A stretch of 64,000 nucleotides of DNA from NCBI GenBank assembly GCA_965204375.1, contig OZ241986.1:5984001-6048000 (forward strand), given 5' to 3'. Shown here in pieces: positions 18,112 through 28,185 of the stretch. How positions within the stretch are numbered: position 1 is the stretch's first letter; the number at the start of each line of letters is the position of its first letter. This DNA is from Candidatus Latescibacterota bacterium (GTDB lineage Bacteria > Latescibacterota > UBA2968). The translations under genes and the position numbers were made by a program. The notes below the pieces were generated by a model that searched no databases, was not told the DNA's origin, and saw nothing but the letters and a program-made list of their open reading frames with translations.

Positions 18112-20789
18112 GAACGGATTTAATTGGCAAAATGCGACACTTGAAGGATTTGGAGAATGCGATTGTGCTCACTCACAACATCGATTGCGTCTTCCTGGAG
18201 TCTATCCTTCTGCCAACGTTGAGGCGGGCTGGTAACCCCATGCTTACCGTATTTGCTGAGAGCACCTGTGCGATCGATACGTTTCAACGTCAGAGTCTCT
18301 ATCTTTCCGGACTGGGACGCAGGTATCGTATGGTCTCCGTCAACCTTCCCCATCCCTTTCGATTTCATCCCAAAGCTGTGTTACTTGCCGCACGGCAACG
18401 TGCCCACCTGTTTATTGGAAGCGGAAACATAGGTTTTGGGGGATGGCGAGAGAATGGAGAGATTTGGGTAGAATATGTGCTGGATGAAAAAGATCAACAA
18501 GCAGCACCCGCTTTTGCCTTCTTTCGGGATTACTTGAAACAGATATTGAGGATTGTCCCCTTTACAGAGACCATAGAGCATGAAATTGCAGATGCCTTTT
18601 CGCAGGAGCGAAAGCAGTGGGTCTCTTATTTGGCAGAAAGTGGTGGGCTGATTGGTCGAGCAGGAAGTGGCCCGAGCCTGATAGACTGTTTGGACGATGT
18701 AATTTCGAGTGAACCTGTTGATCGACTCTGGATCTGTGCTCCTTATTATGATATTCGGGCAGAAGCCCTGAACGCTTTAAAAGAAAAGTTCGAGGCAAAA
18801 GAGACTCGGGTACTCTTGCAGGAGAAAGAAACCAATTTTACTTCCGAAGCTGCGGAAGCACAGACAAAGGATGTTCGGCTTAAATCCGTGAACTACAATG
18901 GAAATGATGGTAAAACCAGATTCTTGCATGCCAAATTCTATGGTCTTGAAAGAAAAAGGCGAGTTACGGTTCTTCTTGGAAGCGCCAACTGTTCGAATGC
19001 GGCTTGGATGATTCCTGGCAATCGGGGAAACGCGGAACTGGTGGCGATTAAGGAGATGAGCAAGAAAGAGTTCGAGCAACATATTCTGCAGGAACTCCAT
19101 ATAGCAGACGAACCACCAGAGCTTCAATCTCACCAAGAGCGGGATGATGTGTCTGAACCGGAAACGTATGCGTTGCGAGCCTTGGCCGCGAGTTTTGACA
19201 GATTTGAAGGTATCAATGTGCGGTTTCAGAAAGATGTAAATATTGAAATTTCTAGATGTTTGATCGACAACCAACCCGTTGAATTCAAGATCGAGAACGA
19301 AAGTGAACTCACAGCGAATCCTCTTCCTCAGACCATACCTGGTAAGGGCAACCGGGTTTTGCAGTTGGAAGGAGAGGGCTCACTAGGGAAGATCTGCTCG
19401 AATCCCATCTGGATAGATCAGGAATTTGAACTGTGCACGACCTCTAAAGAACGCACACTGGTTGAGACCATACAACAGAATGTAAAGCAGGATACCTGGG
19501 GTCTGCCGGCTTTCAATGAAATCTTAAGATTGCTACAAGATCACCTGGACTATTTAACAACACATAAGACATCGAGGGGTGGACAGAACGGGCGTAGCGG
19601 TTCTGAGAGAGTCATTCGATTCACACGCGAGGATGTATTTGCCGATGGTTTCGGACTCCTCTCGCAAACGTCAACTGTTTCTGATATTGCTATTCAGAAT
19701 CAAGTAGAAGGATTGAAGGACTTGCTACTCAGATATTTTGGTGTCGAATGGATTCAAGAAGAAGATCCATCGGAAGAGGAAACGATGGATCCTCAAGAAG
19801 CGGAAGATGATTCAATCAGTCCAGACGAACTGGAATCACGAAAGCTGGAGCGATCCCTTGCTGGACCATCTCCAAAAGACTCTCATCCTGATAATGACCC
19901 GGTGAAGCAAAAGAAAAACCGTCAAAGAACCCTCCAGTTTTTTGAGTCGATCATCAATACCATTTCTGATGAGAATTATTTGCTGCAAAGATCACCAGAT
20001 CTGATTGCTAAAGATTTAGCGATCATAGCTATACTAATGACTTCTGCAATAAATGAAGAAGCACCGGGTTTGGGAATAAACTGGCTCACTGAAGATGAAT
20101 ACTTCGAATTCACTCGCCGGGTTTGGAATGTATTTTTTTTCAAGATTATACAGTCTGAAACGGATTCTTCAGGACAATACCACGGTTATCTTGACAGACG
20201 TTATCAGGAATCCGAAGATCCACACGCTTTCAGCCGGTCTTTTGCCTCTACCGATTTTGCCGCTGCCATTGCTGTGTGGGTGTTGGCAAATTTGAAAGAC
20301 AAGCCTTCTCCGCGAGAAGCACAATTAGCTCTGATACAAATTTCTGCAGTTGCTCATTTTCCCTGGCTGTGGCGCGCAGATGCTTTTTCTGATCTAGCCC
20401 CTATAATTAAACGTCTTTTAGTCCATACCAAAGTTCTGCCATTAGAAAAACAGGAAGATTTCGGACGCTATCTCACAAAATGGCGTGAATTTATCCAGGT
20501 TGGAAATGCAATCGGTGTCTTTCAGGAAATATTCGAGGATTTTGAACCCGAAAATGTAAAGGACATACTTGAGCGGAGTGAAATACAGAAGGGAGAGCTT
20601 CTTTGGCAGGGAGGATCAGGTCTTTGTGTTGCCCAGAAAGATTGCCTAAGGTTACCTAAAAAAAAGATTGATGTTCTGAGTTTACAGAGTCATGGTAGCA
20701 GTCCGAAGAAGACTTTCTATGCTGACTACCTGATTCCAGTCGGAGCACTTTGGGTCTTTTTAAGTTGCCAACTCTTAATGAGTTTCTGA
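18108..20789 (+). CDS. Tandem phospholipase D-superfamily (HxK..GSxN) nuclease-like protein with long C-terminal extension
   Basis: FHPKAVLL..LFIGSGNI and FLHAKFYG..LLGSANCS..GNAEL, followed by an acidic linker and a helical C-terminus. Confidence 0.85.
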   Translation: MRTDLIGKMRHLKDLENAIVLTHNIDCVFLESILLPTLRRAGNPMLTVFAESTCAIDTFQRQSLYLSGLGRRYRMVSVNLPHPFRFHPKAVLLAARQRAHLFIGSGNIGFGGWRENGEIWVEYVLDEKDQQAAPAFAFFRDYLKQILRIVPFTETIEHEIADAFSQERKQWVSYLAESGGLIGRAGSGPSLIDCLDDVISSEPVDRLWICAPYYDIRAEALNALKEKFEAKETRVLLQEKETNFTSEAAEAQTKDVRLKSVNYNGNDGKTRFLHAKFYGLERKRRVTVLLGSANCSNAAWMIPGNRGNAELVAIKEMSKKEFEQHILQELHIADEPPELQSHQERDDVSEPETYALRALAASFDRFEGINVRFQKDVNIEISRCLIDNQPVEFKIENESELTANPLPQTIPGKGNRVLQLEGEGSLGKICSNPIWIDQEFELCTTSKERTLVETIQQNVKQDTWGLPAFNEILRLLQDHLDYLTTHKTSRGGQNGRSGSERVIRFTREDVFADGFGLLSQTSTVSDIAIQNQVEGLKDLLLRYFGVEWIQEEDPSEEETMDPQEAEDDSISPDELESRKLERSLAGPSPKDSHPDNDPVKQKKNRQRTLQFFESIINTISDENYLLQRSPDLIAKDLAIIAILMTSAINEEAPGLGINWLTEDEYFEFTRRVWNVFFFKIIQSETDSSGQYHGYLDRRYQESEDPHAFSRSFASTDFAAAIAVWVLANLKDKPSPREAQLALIQISAVAHFPWLWRADAFSDLAPIIKRLLVHTKVLPLEKQEDFGRYLTKWREFIQVGNAIGVFQEIFEDFEPENVKDILERSEIQKGELLWQGGSGLCVAQKDCLRLPKKKIDVLSLQSHGSSPKKTFYADYLIPVGALWVFLSCQLLMSF

Positions 20790-20839
20790 AGATATTTCAC
20801 CTTCTCCTCTGGCAATCCTACTACGTTGAGCATTTTCAT
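20726..20839 (-). pseudogene. Short ORF or gene fragment (MKMLNVVGLPEEKVKYLQKLIKSWQ...) overlapping the PLD gene end
   Basis: RBS GGAGGT before ATG 20839; upstream TTGACA-16-TAAATT at 20949-20922. Only 37 aa. Confidence 0.4.
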
Positions 20840-20975
20840 ATTGACCTCCCAACTTCCAGTAAATGACCATCTCTGGGTTAGCCATATCTCAAGTGGTATG
20901 GTGGTGTTAGACAACTAACTGAATTTACGGTAATTCAATCCGTTGTCAATTTGTAATATGTTGGAGAGAAGCGAA

Positions 20976-21017
20976 ACAAAAAGGGGCTACGCATCAATTT
21001 ACGTAACCCCTTTTTGT
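20976..21017 (-). terminator. Rho-independent terminator downstream of tRNA-Val
   Basis: acaaaaaggggctacg / cgtaacccctttttgt inverted repeat with T tracts. Confidence 0.75.
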
Positions 21018-21023
21018 GTTTGA

Positions 21024-21100
21024 TGGTGGGCGATACTGGATTCGAACCAGTGACCTCCTGCTTGTAAGGCAGGCGCTCTAACCAGCTGAGCTAACCGCCC
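21024..21100 (-). tRNA. tRNA-Val (anticodon TAC)
   Basis: Reverse complement GGGCGGTTAGCTCAGCTGGTTAGAGCGCCTGCCTTACAAGCAGGAGGTCACTGGTTCGAATCCAGTATCGCCCACCA; cloverleaf, TTCGA, encoded CCA. Confidence 0.97.
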
Positions 21101-21114
21101 GGATAATGTTAAAT

Positions 21115-21369
21115 CTATCTCACATCGGTTGATGGCTCATCTTCTTTTTTGTAGCTGAGCAGGGCTATTGGGATCAATACGCAATAACCGAGTACGAGTA
21201 GCAGCGGGGCAAGCGTGAGCGACATAAAGCCATCGACTGGCGGTAGGGAGAGAAAAACATAGCCCAGTGCAATGGCGATAAGCCCAAGCCCAAAAAGCCA
21301 CATATTTCGTTCTGAATAGGGCAACTTTGGCCGGGGTTTGGGACGTTGTCGCGCTCGGCGAGGAGGCAT
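21115..21369 (-). CDS. Small two-TM membrane protein (DUF3098-like)
   Basis: Start MPPRRARQ just after rplS; LP..NM..FGLGL..LGYVFL..SLTLAPLLLVLGY..IPIAL. Confidence 0.7.
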   Translation of the reverse strand: MPPRRARQRPKPRPKLPYSERNMWLFGLGLIAIALGYVFLSLPPVDGFMSLTLAPLLLVLGYCVLIPIALLSYKKEDEPSTDVR

Positions 21370-21379
21370 AATAGAATTC

Positions 21380-21727
21380 CTATCGACGTTCTGTAATGCG
21401 GGCAGCACGACCGCGTAGATCGCGCAGGTAATAAATTTTTGATCGCCGCACTTTACCGCGACGCAGTACTTCAATTTTGGCTATGCGAGGCGTGTGCAGT
21501 GGAAAGATGCGCTCTACCCCAACGCCACCCGTGCTAATTTTGCGAACTGTAAATGTCGCGTGAATACCCGGTCCTCGGCGCTGGATGACCACACCCTCAA
21601 AGAGCTGGATGCGTTCTTTTTCTCCTTCTACCACGCGGACATGCACGCGCACGGTATCGCCAGCTTCAAACTCGGGCACATCATCGCGCAGTTGTGCTTC
21701 AGAAACAGATTTCAAAATGGCATCCAT
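21380..21727 (-). CDS. rplS: 50S ribosomal protein L19
   Basis: [54 protein letters not shown]. Confidence 0.98.
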   Translation of the reverse strand: MDAILKSVSEAQLRDDVPEFEAGDTVRVHVRVVEGEKERIQLFEGVVIQRRGPGIHATFTVRKISTGGVGVERIFPLHTPRIAKIEVLRRGKVRRSKIYYLRDLRGRAARITERR

Positions 21728-21770
21728 GATTTACATACTCCTGAAAAAAATTAAAGTTCAATGCGAATCA

Positions 21771-21881
21771 ACGGAACGGGGTACAACTGGCCGCCTCTCA
21801 GGCCAGTTCATCAACGAATCGAAGCTCGTAGTGATTTTGGGTAGTGAGGCGGGGTTCGTCTATTCGTCTATTCGTCTATTC
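21771..21881. repeat. Second copy of the REP-like unit (21771-21816) plus (TATTCGTC)n at 21855-21881
   Basis: cggggtacaactggccgcctctcaggccagttcatcaacg. The octamer is the reverse complement of the one at 9406. Confidence 0.85.
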
Positions 21882-22544
21882 CAACAGGTCGGGGCGTCGC
21901 TCAAGCGTGCGTTGTCGCGCGTTGTCTCGCCGCCATTGGGCGACTTTTTTGTGATCTCCACTGAGCAATGCCTCCGGCACGGTCAAGCCTTCAAATTCTC
22001 GGGGTCGCGTGTACCACGCACAATCCAACAGGCCATTTTGAAACGAATCTTCAAGTGCTGACTCGGCATTGCCAATGGCACCGGGAATCAACCGGATCAA
22101 CGCATCGATCAAAATGAGGGCGGGCAATTCGCCGCCGCTGAGGACATAATCACCAATCGAGATTTCATCATCGACATAGTTTTCGCGGACGCGCTCATCA
22201 ATGCCGCGATAGTGTCCGCACAACAGTACCAGATGATCCGATAAAGACAATTCATTGGCCACAGATTGCGTGAATTGCCTTCCTTGAGGCGTGAGAAAAA
22301 TCACGCGGCCACCTGTGGGGAGTGCTTCTATCGCGCGTGCAATGGGTTCGGGTTTGAAGATCATCCCCGCGCCGCCGCCGTAAGGCGTATCGTCGATTGT
22401 TTTGTGCTTGTCGTCTGCGTGGTCTCGAAGGTCGTGCGCCAAAACGTCGATCAATCCCGCATCAATGGCGCGTCGCGGGATACTGTATTTCAGCGCATCC
22501 CGAATCAAATCGGGAAAAATTGTGATCACGTCTATTCGCATCAC
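21876..22544 (-). CDS. trmD: tRNA (guanine-N1)-methyltransferase
   Basis: IDDTPYGGGAGM, LLCGHYRGIDER, EISIGDYVLSGGE, YTRP. Confidence 0.97.
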   Translation of the reverse strand: MMRIDVITIFPDLIRDALKYSIPRRAIDAGLIDVLAHDLRDHADDKHKTIDDTPYGGGAGMIFKPEPIARAIEALPTGGRVIFLTPQGRQFTQSVANELSLSDHLVLLCGHYRGIDERVRENYVDDEISIGDYVLSGGELPALILIDALIRLIPGAIGNAESALEDSFQNGLLDCAWYTRPREFEGLTVPEALLSGDHKKVAQWRRDNARQRTLERRPDLLE

Positions 22545-22555
22545 AGATGATCGTC

Positions 22556-23062
22556 CTACAAAAGCCCTTCGATTTCCTGCACGATAATTTTGCCGGCTTT
22601 TTGATCCACGTGGACAATCTCGCGCACGGCCGGGATCAATACGTCTTCGCCGTTGCGATCCACCACATACACGTCGTTGGCCGGATACGACAGGACTTCT
22701 ACGACATGTCCCACCATGGTGCCCGATGCTGTTTCAACTGGCAATCCCTCGAGTTCAAAAACGTAAAACGAATTGTCGGGCAAGGGATGCACGGCATCGC
22801 GAGCCACCAGAATAAAGTGCTCGCGCAATCGCCCCACATGTTCAGGGGTGTCAATGTCTTGAAATTTGATTGCCAGGCGAGAACCATAAGCGCGTACATA
22901 AGCCACGTTTAATGCAGAGTATGTGCCATCGGGTGCTTCAACGCGCACAGAATCCAAATCGTCAAATCGTTGTGGAAAATCGGTCAGCGGTAGCAAAAAA
23001 GCTTCACCCCGAATGCCTCGGGGTTTCATAATTTTGCCAACCGCGACAAAATCCGACTCCAA
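22556..23062 (-). CDS. rimM: 16S rRNA processing protein RimM
   Basis: VGKIMKPRGIRGE, FYVFELEG, ANDVYVV, LIPAV; synteny. Confidence 0.95.
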   Translation of the reverse strand: MESDFVAVGKIMKPRGIRGEAFLLPLTDFPQRFDDLDSVRVEAPDGTYSALNVAYVRAYGSRLAIKFQDIDTPEHVGRLREHFILVARDAVHPLPDNSFYVFELEGLPVETASGTMVGHVVEVLSYPANDVYVVDRNGEDVLIPAVREIVHVDQKAGKIIVQEIEGLL

Positions 23063-23065
23063 GAC

Positions 23066-23368
23066 TCATTCCTCAGATGGGGCGTCTGACTCTGCATCCT
23101 CAGGTTGTGCGTCCTGATCCTGAGTCTCTGCGAGCAGACCCTTTTGGCGAAATAAGCTACGCACTGTATCGGAGGGCTGTGCGCCCACGCCCAACCAATA
23201 CCTTATGCGGTCTTCTTTCAATTCGATGATCTGGGGATCTTTTGTCGGATTATAATGCCCCAAGACCTCGATGAACCGACCGTCGCGAGGTGAGGAGGCA
23301 TCGGCTGCTACTACGCGGTAGAACGGCGCTTTTTTGGCGCCCATACGACGTAAGCGAAGTCGAACCAA
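23066..23368 (-). CDS. rpsP: 30S ribosomal protein S16
   Basis: [37 protein letters not shown]. Confidence 0.98.
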   Translation of the reverse strand: MVRLRLRRMGAKKAPFYRVVAADASSPRDGRFIEVLGHYNPTKDPQIIELKEDRIRYWLGVGAQPSDTVRSLFRQKGLLAETQDQDAQPEDAESDAPSEE

Positions 23369-23384
23369 ATCAAACTCCTTTGTG

Positions 23385-24710
23385 TTATCCGAACATCGGA
23401 ATTGCCATTTTGCCCTGTTTTTCCATACGGGACATGCGTTTCATCATTTTTTGCATCATGTTGAATTGCTTGAGCAATTTGTTGACATCTTGAATACTGC
23501 GCCCGCTGCCATTTGCAATGCGTTTGCGCCTGCTGCCATTAATAATATGCGGTTTGTCGCGTTCTGCTGGGGTCATTGAATAGATGATTGCCTCAATATG
23601 CGTGAAGGTCTTTTCATCCACCTGCAAGTCCGGCATGGACTTGCTTACACCGGGGATCATTTTCATCAGTTGATCTAAGGGTCCCATCTGCCTGATTTGC
23701 GCCATTTGCTCGAGAAAGTCGTCAAATGTGAACGATGCCGAGCGAAGTTTTTGCTCGACTTTTTTGGCCTGTTCAGCGTCAATGGTCTCCTGTGCTTTTT
23801 CCACCAGTGTAACCACATCGCCCATGCCCAAAATGCGAGAGGCCATTCGGTCGGGATGAAATACTTCCAGACCATCGACTTTTTCGCTGACGCCGATGTA
23901 TTTAATCGGGACGCCCGCAACCTCGCGGATGGATAAAGCTGCGCCGCCGCGGGTGTCGCTGTCCATGCGCGTGAGTACTACACCTGAGAATTTGAGTTTT
24001 TCGTAAAAGGCAGAAGCCGACGATACGGCATCTTGCCCGGTCATGGCGTCGCACACAAACAGAATTTCTGAGGGCGATACGGCTTCGCGGATGCGAAATA
24101 CTTCATCCATGCGCTCGTCATCAACGTGTAGCCGACCCGCTGTATCGAGTATCACGACATCGCGATTTTCATTTTTCGCCCGATCCATCGCTTGCGTGCA
24201 AATATCGACCGGATCGGTGCCTTCTGGCGCCCGGTGTACGGGCACGCCCACTTGCTCGGCGAGCACGCAAAGTTGATCAATTGCTGCGGGACGATAAATA
24301 TCAGCCGCCACGAGCAAGGGTTTTTTGTTTTCCGATGCCAATAATCGGGCCAATTTTGCTGAGGCTGTCGTTTTACCCGATCCTTGAAGCCCGACCATCA
24401 TGATTGCTGAGGGCGGCGATTCCGCAAATTGCAATGCGGCATTTTGATTGCCCATCAACGCGATCAATTCGTCGTGGACAACTTTTACAACTTGCTGCCC
24501 GGGTGTGATGCTTTTGAGCACTTCCTGCCCTATGGCGCGTTCTTTGACCCGCGCAATAAACGAGCGGGCAACTTTGTAGTTGACATCTGCCTCGAGCAAT
24601 GCCCGGCGCACCTCTCGCATGGCGTCGTCGATGTTCGATTCGCTCAATCGACCGCGGCTGCGAAGTTGCTTAAATACGCCATTGAGGCGCTCTGTCAACA
24701 TTTCAAACAT
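23385..24710 (-). CDS. ffh: Signal recognition particle protein
   Basis: [24 protein letters not shown] domain [11 protein letters not shown]. Confidence 0.98.
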   Translation of the reverse strand: MFEMLTERLNGVFKQLRSRGRLSESNIDDAMREVRRALLEADVNYKVARSFIARVKERAIGQEVLKSITPGQQVVKVVHDELIALMGNQNAALQFAESPPSAIMMVGLQGSGKTTASAKLARLLASENKKPLLVAADIYRPAAIDQLCVLAEQVGVPVHRAPEGTDPVDICTQAMDRAKNENRDVVILDTAGRLHVDDERMDEVFRIREAVSPSEILFVCDAMTGQDAVSSASAFYEKLKFSGVVLTRMDSDTRGGAALSIREVAGVPIKYIGVSEKVDGLEVFHPDRMASRILGMGDVVTLVEKAQETIDAEQAKKVEQKLRSASFTFDDFLEQMAQIRQMGPLDQLMKMIPGVSKSMPDLQVDEKTFTHIEAIIYSMTPAERDKPHIINGSRRKRIANGSGRSIQDVNKLLKQFNMMQKMMKRMSRMEKQGKMAIPMFG

Positions 24711-24796
24711 GAAAAACCCTTAAAAATAGCGGAGCAAGACGGAGAAATATAGAAGATTCGCCGATTTTATGCAAGAAATAAGCTGTCGAAAAATCC

Positions 24797-25453
24797 CTAT
24801 CCCAGTGCCGCCTGGCGAATGGCCTGTACGTTTTTTGCAATGGCCCCGTCGCGAAATACCGCCGAACCCGCTACGAGCACTTGCACGCCTGCTTCGACTA
24901 CCTGACGCGCGTTTTCCACGCCAATGCCACCGTCAATTTCTATTTCGATGTCCAATTCCTGCCGCACAATTTCGGCTTTTAATGCCCGCACCCGATCGAG
25001 AGACGCCAGCATAAAGGACTGGCCACCAAAGCCCGGTTCGACCGACATAATGAGTGCGAGGTCCAATTTGGGTAATAGTGGAAATAATGTCTCGATCTCC
25101 GTGCCAGGGCGCAGGGTAGCACCGGCTTTCATGTTGGCTTTTCGGATGCGATCCAACAGTGCGGGCACATCTTCTTCGATTTCGACATGGACGGTCAAAA
25201 TGTCTGTGCCTGCATCGGCAAAATCTTGCAGATATTTACCGGGTTCAGAGATCATGAGATGCACGTCCAGCACCAGATCTGTTGTTTTGCGAATGGCTTC
25301 AACGACCAGCGCACCAAATGTGATATTAGGCACAAAATGCCCGTCCATAATGTCCAGATGGATATATTCTGCACCGGACTCTTCGACCAGGCGCACCTGA
25401 TTTTCGAGTGTGCGGAAATCGGCAGAGAGAAATGATGGGGCGATTTTTACCAT
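24797..25453 (-). CDS. rpe: Ribulose-phosphate 3-epimerase
   Basis: IAPSFLSADF, HLDIMDGHFVPN, DVHLM, MSVEPGFGGQ, IDGG. Confidence 0.97.
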   Translation of the reverse strand: MVKIAPSFLSADFRTLENQVRLVEESGAEYIHLDIMDGHFVPNITFGALVVEAIRKTTDLVLDVHLMISEPGKYLQDFADAGTDILTVHVEIEEDVPALLDRIRKANMKAGATLRPGTEIETLFPLLPKLDLALIMSVEPGFGGQSFMLASLDRVRALKAEIVRQELDIEIEIDGGIGVENARQVVEAGVQVLVAGSAVFRDGAIAKNVQAIRQAALG

Positions 25454-25475
25454 TTTAACCTCAAATAAGACTTTT

Positions 25476-26216
25476 TCACAGTTTGCTCACAATCAATAGG
25501 ACAGGAGACCCGCGTTTTATTGGCGTGCCCGATTCTGGCTCCTGGCGGATTACGATGTCGGGTTCATAAGCGGTGCTAAATTCGTATCGGATATTATTGG
25601 GCTGCAGACCGAGCGACGATAATAGACGCCGGGCTTCGTCCAATTTTAGCTCGGTAACCCGGGGCATATTGACAAAGGCGCGAGGAGGACCCGTGCTTAC
25701 AATCAGTTCGACCTGTGTCCCCTGGGCGACTTTCTCGCCAGCTTTGGGTTTGTGGTCGATAATAGTGCCCTCTTTTATTTCTGACGATGATATTTCGGTG
25801 ACTTTACCGACGGTCAAGTCCGCCTGTGCAATCCACAACTGAGCCTGTCGCAAAGGGCGGTTGCGAAGATCGGGTACGGCGTGGAGACGCTGTCCCAAAC
25901 TCAGCGCAATATAGACCGTGCGGTTGGGTTTTACGTGCGAGAGGGCAGACGGATTTTGCCATACGATTTGTCCTGCAGGCACAGAAGTATCCCATCGCGG
26001 TTCTCGCTCTTTCATGCGCAGGCCCTTGTCTTGTAATTGCGCCTGCGCCTGTGCAGGGGTAAGTCCGATGAGATCGGGGACAGTGACTTCTACGCCTTGC
26101 CGCACATAGATCGGCATTGCAAGTTGATCGATTACAATCAATCCGATTATTGCCGTAAATATGGCACACGCACCAAAAAGAGCGATTTCGCGCAAAATTT
26201 TCAAGGCCAAATTCAT
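25476..26216 (-). CDS. PASTA domain-containing membrane protein (3 PASTA)
   Basis: N-terminal TM; VPDLIG.., VPDLRN.. and MPRVTE.. repeats, each ending QxP..G..V.L.VS. Confidence 0.9.
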   Translation of the reverse strand: MNLALKILREIALFGACAIFTAIIGLIVIDQLAMPIYVRQGVEVTVPDLIGLTPAQAQAQLQDKGLRMKEREPRWDTSVPAGQIVWQNPSALSHVKPNRTVYIALSLGQRLHAVPDLRNRPLRQAQLWIAQADLTVGKVTEISSSEIKEGTIIDHKPKAGEKVAQGTQVELIVSTGPPRAFVNMPRVTELKLDEARRLLSSLGLQPNNIRYEFSTAYEPDIVIRQEPESGTPIKRGSPVLLIVSKL

Positions 26217-26275
26217 GATCTCAAAATAGCCGAAGGCCCAAATCCTGTCAAGCGCGGATGCCTTATTACAAGGGG

Positions 26276-27115
26276 TTAATACTCATAGGTCACTGAAGCG
26301 CGATGCGTGATTCCCAGTACTGTATGCCATACTCCGGCATAGTCAATCGCAAAGTCACTTTTTTTAAGGCCAAATCCCGCGCTCAGTCTTTCCGGTCGGC
26401 CGCCTGCTCCTGTGCGTAGTACCAGTTGGGGATGGATATGATACATGATCCCAATGCCCGCACCTGTAGGAAAATTCGCTTCTTTCTGTATATCTGCTAC
26501 CAATACGACTTGAGGCATGATAGCAATACCCATTCCCACGGTGCCACTCTGTCCCAAAAGCGAGGTGTGTCTGCCACCTGCATTCCAGATTGCTGCGCCC
26601 AGAAAGACGCCTTCGCGTATCTGCAATTTTATGCCCGCATCGAATACCAACCAGTGTTGTGTGGGGATTCCCGCTGTGCTGAGTTGTAAGGCGCGTATGC
26701 CGAGTCCCAGGCTCAGTTTTTGGAAGACGCGCAGTCCATAAACGAGACCAAATACCTGCTCTTTGTATAGCGCAAATCCAAATCCCGTATATCTCGCGCC
26801 CAGGCCATGACGTCCAATCCGCAGGCCAGCACTGAACGCATGGGTTGCCAGTTCGGCTATTCCAAAGGGTCGGTCATACATGCCAAATAAGCTCATTCGC
26901 TTGCCCCATGTCAGTGCTGCGGGATTCCAAAATGCGCCTGAGGCACCGGCTGCCAGTGCCACGCCTGCATCGCCAGTACCTGCGGTATGGGCGCCAATGG
27001 GATGAAATTCAAAGGCTGCGTGAGTAGATGAAGGGAGGAGTGCGAAAAGTGTAAATACAATCCACTTTGCTTGCGGAATGCGGAAAAGCGAGCTGAGACG
27101 CAATTGATCTGGCAT
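26276..27115 (-). CDS. Outer-membrane beta-barrel protein (PorV-like); start uncertain
   Basis: Signal-like segment, AFEFHPIGAH..G.A, FWNPAAL, alternating beta strands, ends HTVLGITHRASVTYEY. Confidence 0.65.
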   Translation of the reverse strand: MPDQLRLSSLFRIPQAKWIVFTLFALLPSSTHAAFEFHPIGAHTAGTGDAGVALAAGASGAFWNPAALTWGKRMSLFGMYDRPFGIAELATHAFSAGLRIGRHGLGARYTGFGFALYKEQVFGLVYGLRVFQKLSLGLGIRALQLSTAGIPTQHWLVFDAGIKLQIREGVFLGAAIWNAGGRHTSLLGQSGTVGMGIAIMPQVVLVADIQKEANFPTGAGIGIMYHIHPQLVLRTGAGGRPERLSAGFGLKKSDFAIDYAGVWHTVLGITHRASVTYEY

Positions 27116-27415
27116 AGGAGACCACGTATGGGATGGGTTAGGGATGTGTGTTTTGACAGTCTTTCTGCAAATGGCATACCAGATACTCACCTTCTTTTTA
27201 ACCTGTTGATATTACACGCCGAAATCTGTTTATTGTCGGTTAGAATAGACGGGTAAATGTCGGCTACTATGCGACAGAGTATTTTAATCGGTCGCTCGTT
27301 ATTAGACAAAAAACGCTCTCAATGGGGTGAGATAATCGCGGTTGCTTTATGAGAAAAAAGAACCGATATTTTAACCGTTCGATTTCTACAAATCTTCACC
27401 TGGAGAGAGAAGGTT

Positions 27416-28153
27416 ATGGCTTATTTTACCGACGAAGAGAAATTGCATTTCAAAGAACAGGGGTATGTTGTCAAACGCGATGTCGTGCCGATGCATTTGA
27501 TCGATAAGGCGGTGGATGTGGTATGGGAGGAGATTGAGGCAGATCGCGATGATCCCAAAACGTGGATCAATGCAGGACCGAAGGGAAATTTGAAATGCAG
27601 CAATCATCCCGATGTGCGGGCGACGTTGACGGAGACGCCGATTCAGGATATGTGCGAGGAGATGGTGGGTAAAGGGACCCTGGCTGTGTCGAATTACACG
27701 TTTGCCAAGATGATTTATCCCGAAGGGCACGACAATTGGACGCCGGCCAGGCATATGCATCTGGATGGCTATACGTGTGAAGGCGTGGTGGATACCTTTG
27801 CGATCGCGGTGACGGTGAATATCAATCACGTTAAGCCGCGCTCGGGTGGGTTTTCGATATGGCCCGGCGCGCACAAGCGGGCTTATGAATATTTTAAGAC
27901 GCACAGTTTGGTGAATGGGTTAGATGCGTTTCGCAATGCGCAGGGGGAGTATTACGGCCTTCCCACGCCGGTTGATGTTACGGGGCCGCCGGGCACGGTG
28001 ACGTTCTGGCATCATCTGATGTTGCACAGCCCGGGGGTAAATTGCGGGCGGGATATTCGCATGGCGTTTGTGAGTCGTTTTCGGCGGAGGGATAATAACG
28101 ATATGCGCTTTGAGACGCCGGATGATATGTGGGCGTATTGGGATGGACTGTAG
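27416..28153 (+). CDS. Phytanoyl-CoA dioxygenase family (2OG-Fe(II)) protein
   Basis: FKEQGYVV, HLDG, WPGAH, GTVTFWHHLMLH..N..R. Confidence 0.85.
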   Translation: MAYFTDEEKLHFKEQGYVVKRDVVPMHLIDKAVDVVWEEIEADRDDPKTWINAGPKGNLKCSNHPDVRATLTETPIQDMCEEMVGKGTLAVSNYTFAKMIYPEGHDNWTPARHMHLDGYTCEGVVDTFAIAVTVNINHVKPRSGGFSIWPGAHKRAYEYFKTHSLVNGLDAFRNAQGEYYGLPTPVDVTGPPGTVTFWHHLMLHSPGVNCGRDIRMAFVSRFRRRDNNDMRFETPDDMWAYWDGL

Positions 28154-28185
28154 GCGGATTCCGCGTTGGAATACAAAAGGATAGG

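Noticed and set aside
15600-21100. Classical tRNA-integrated element with attL/attR
   Set aside because: By eye I found no duplicate of the tRNA-Val 3' end at the far side, and no integrase. Only adjacency is claimed.
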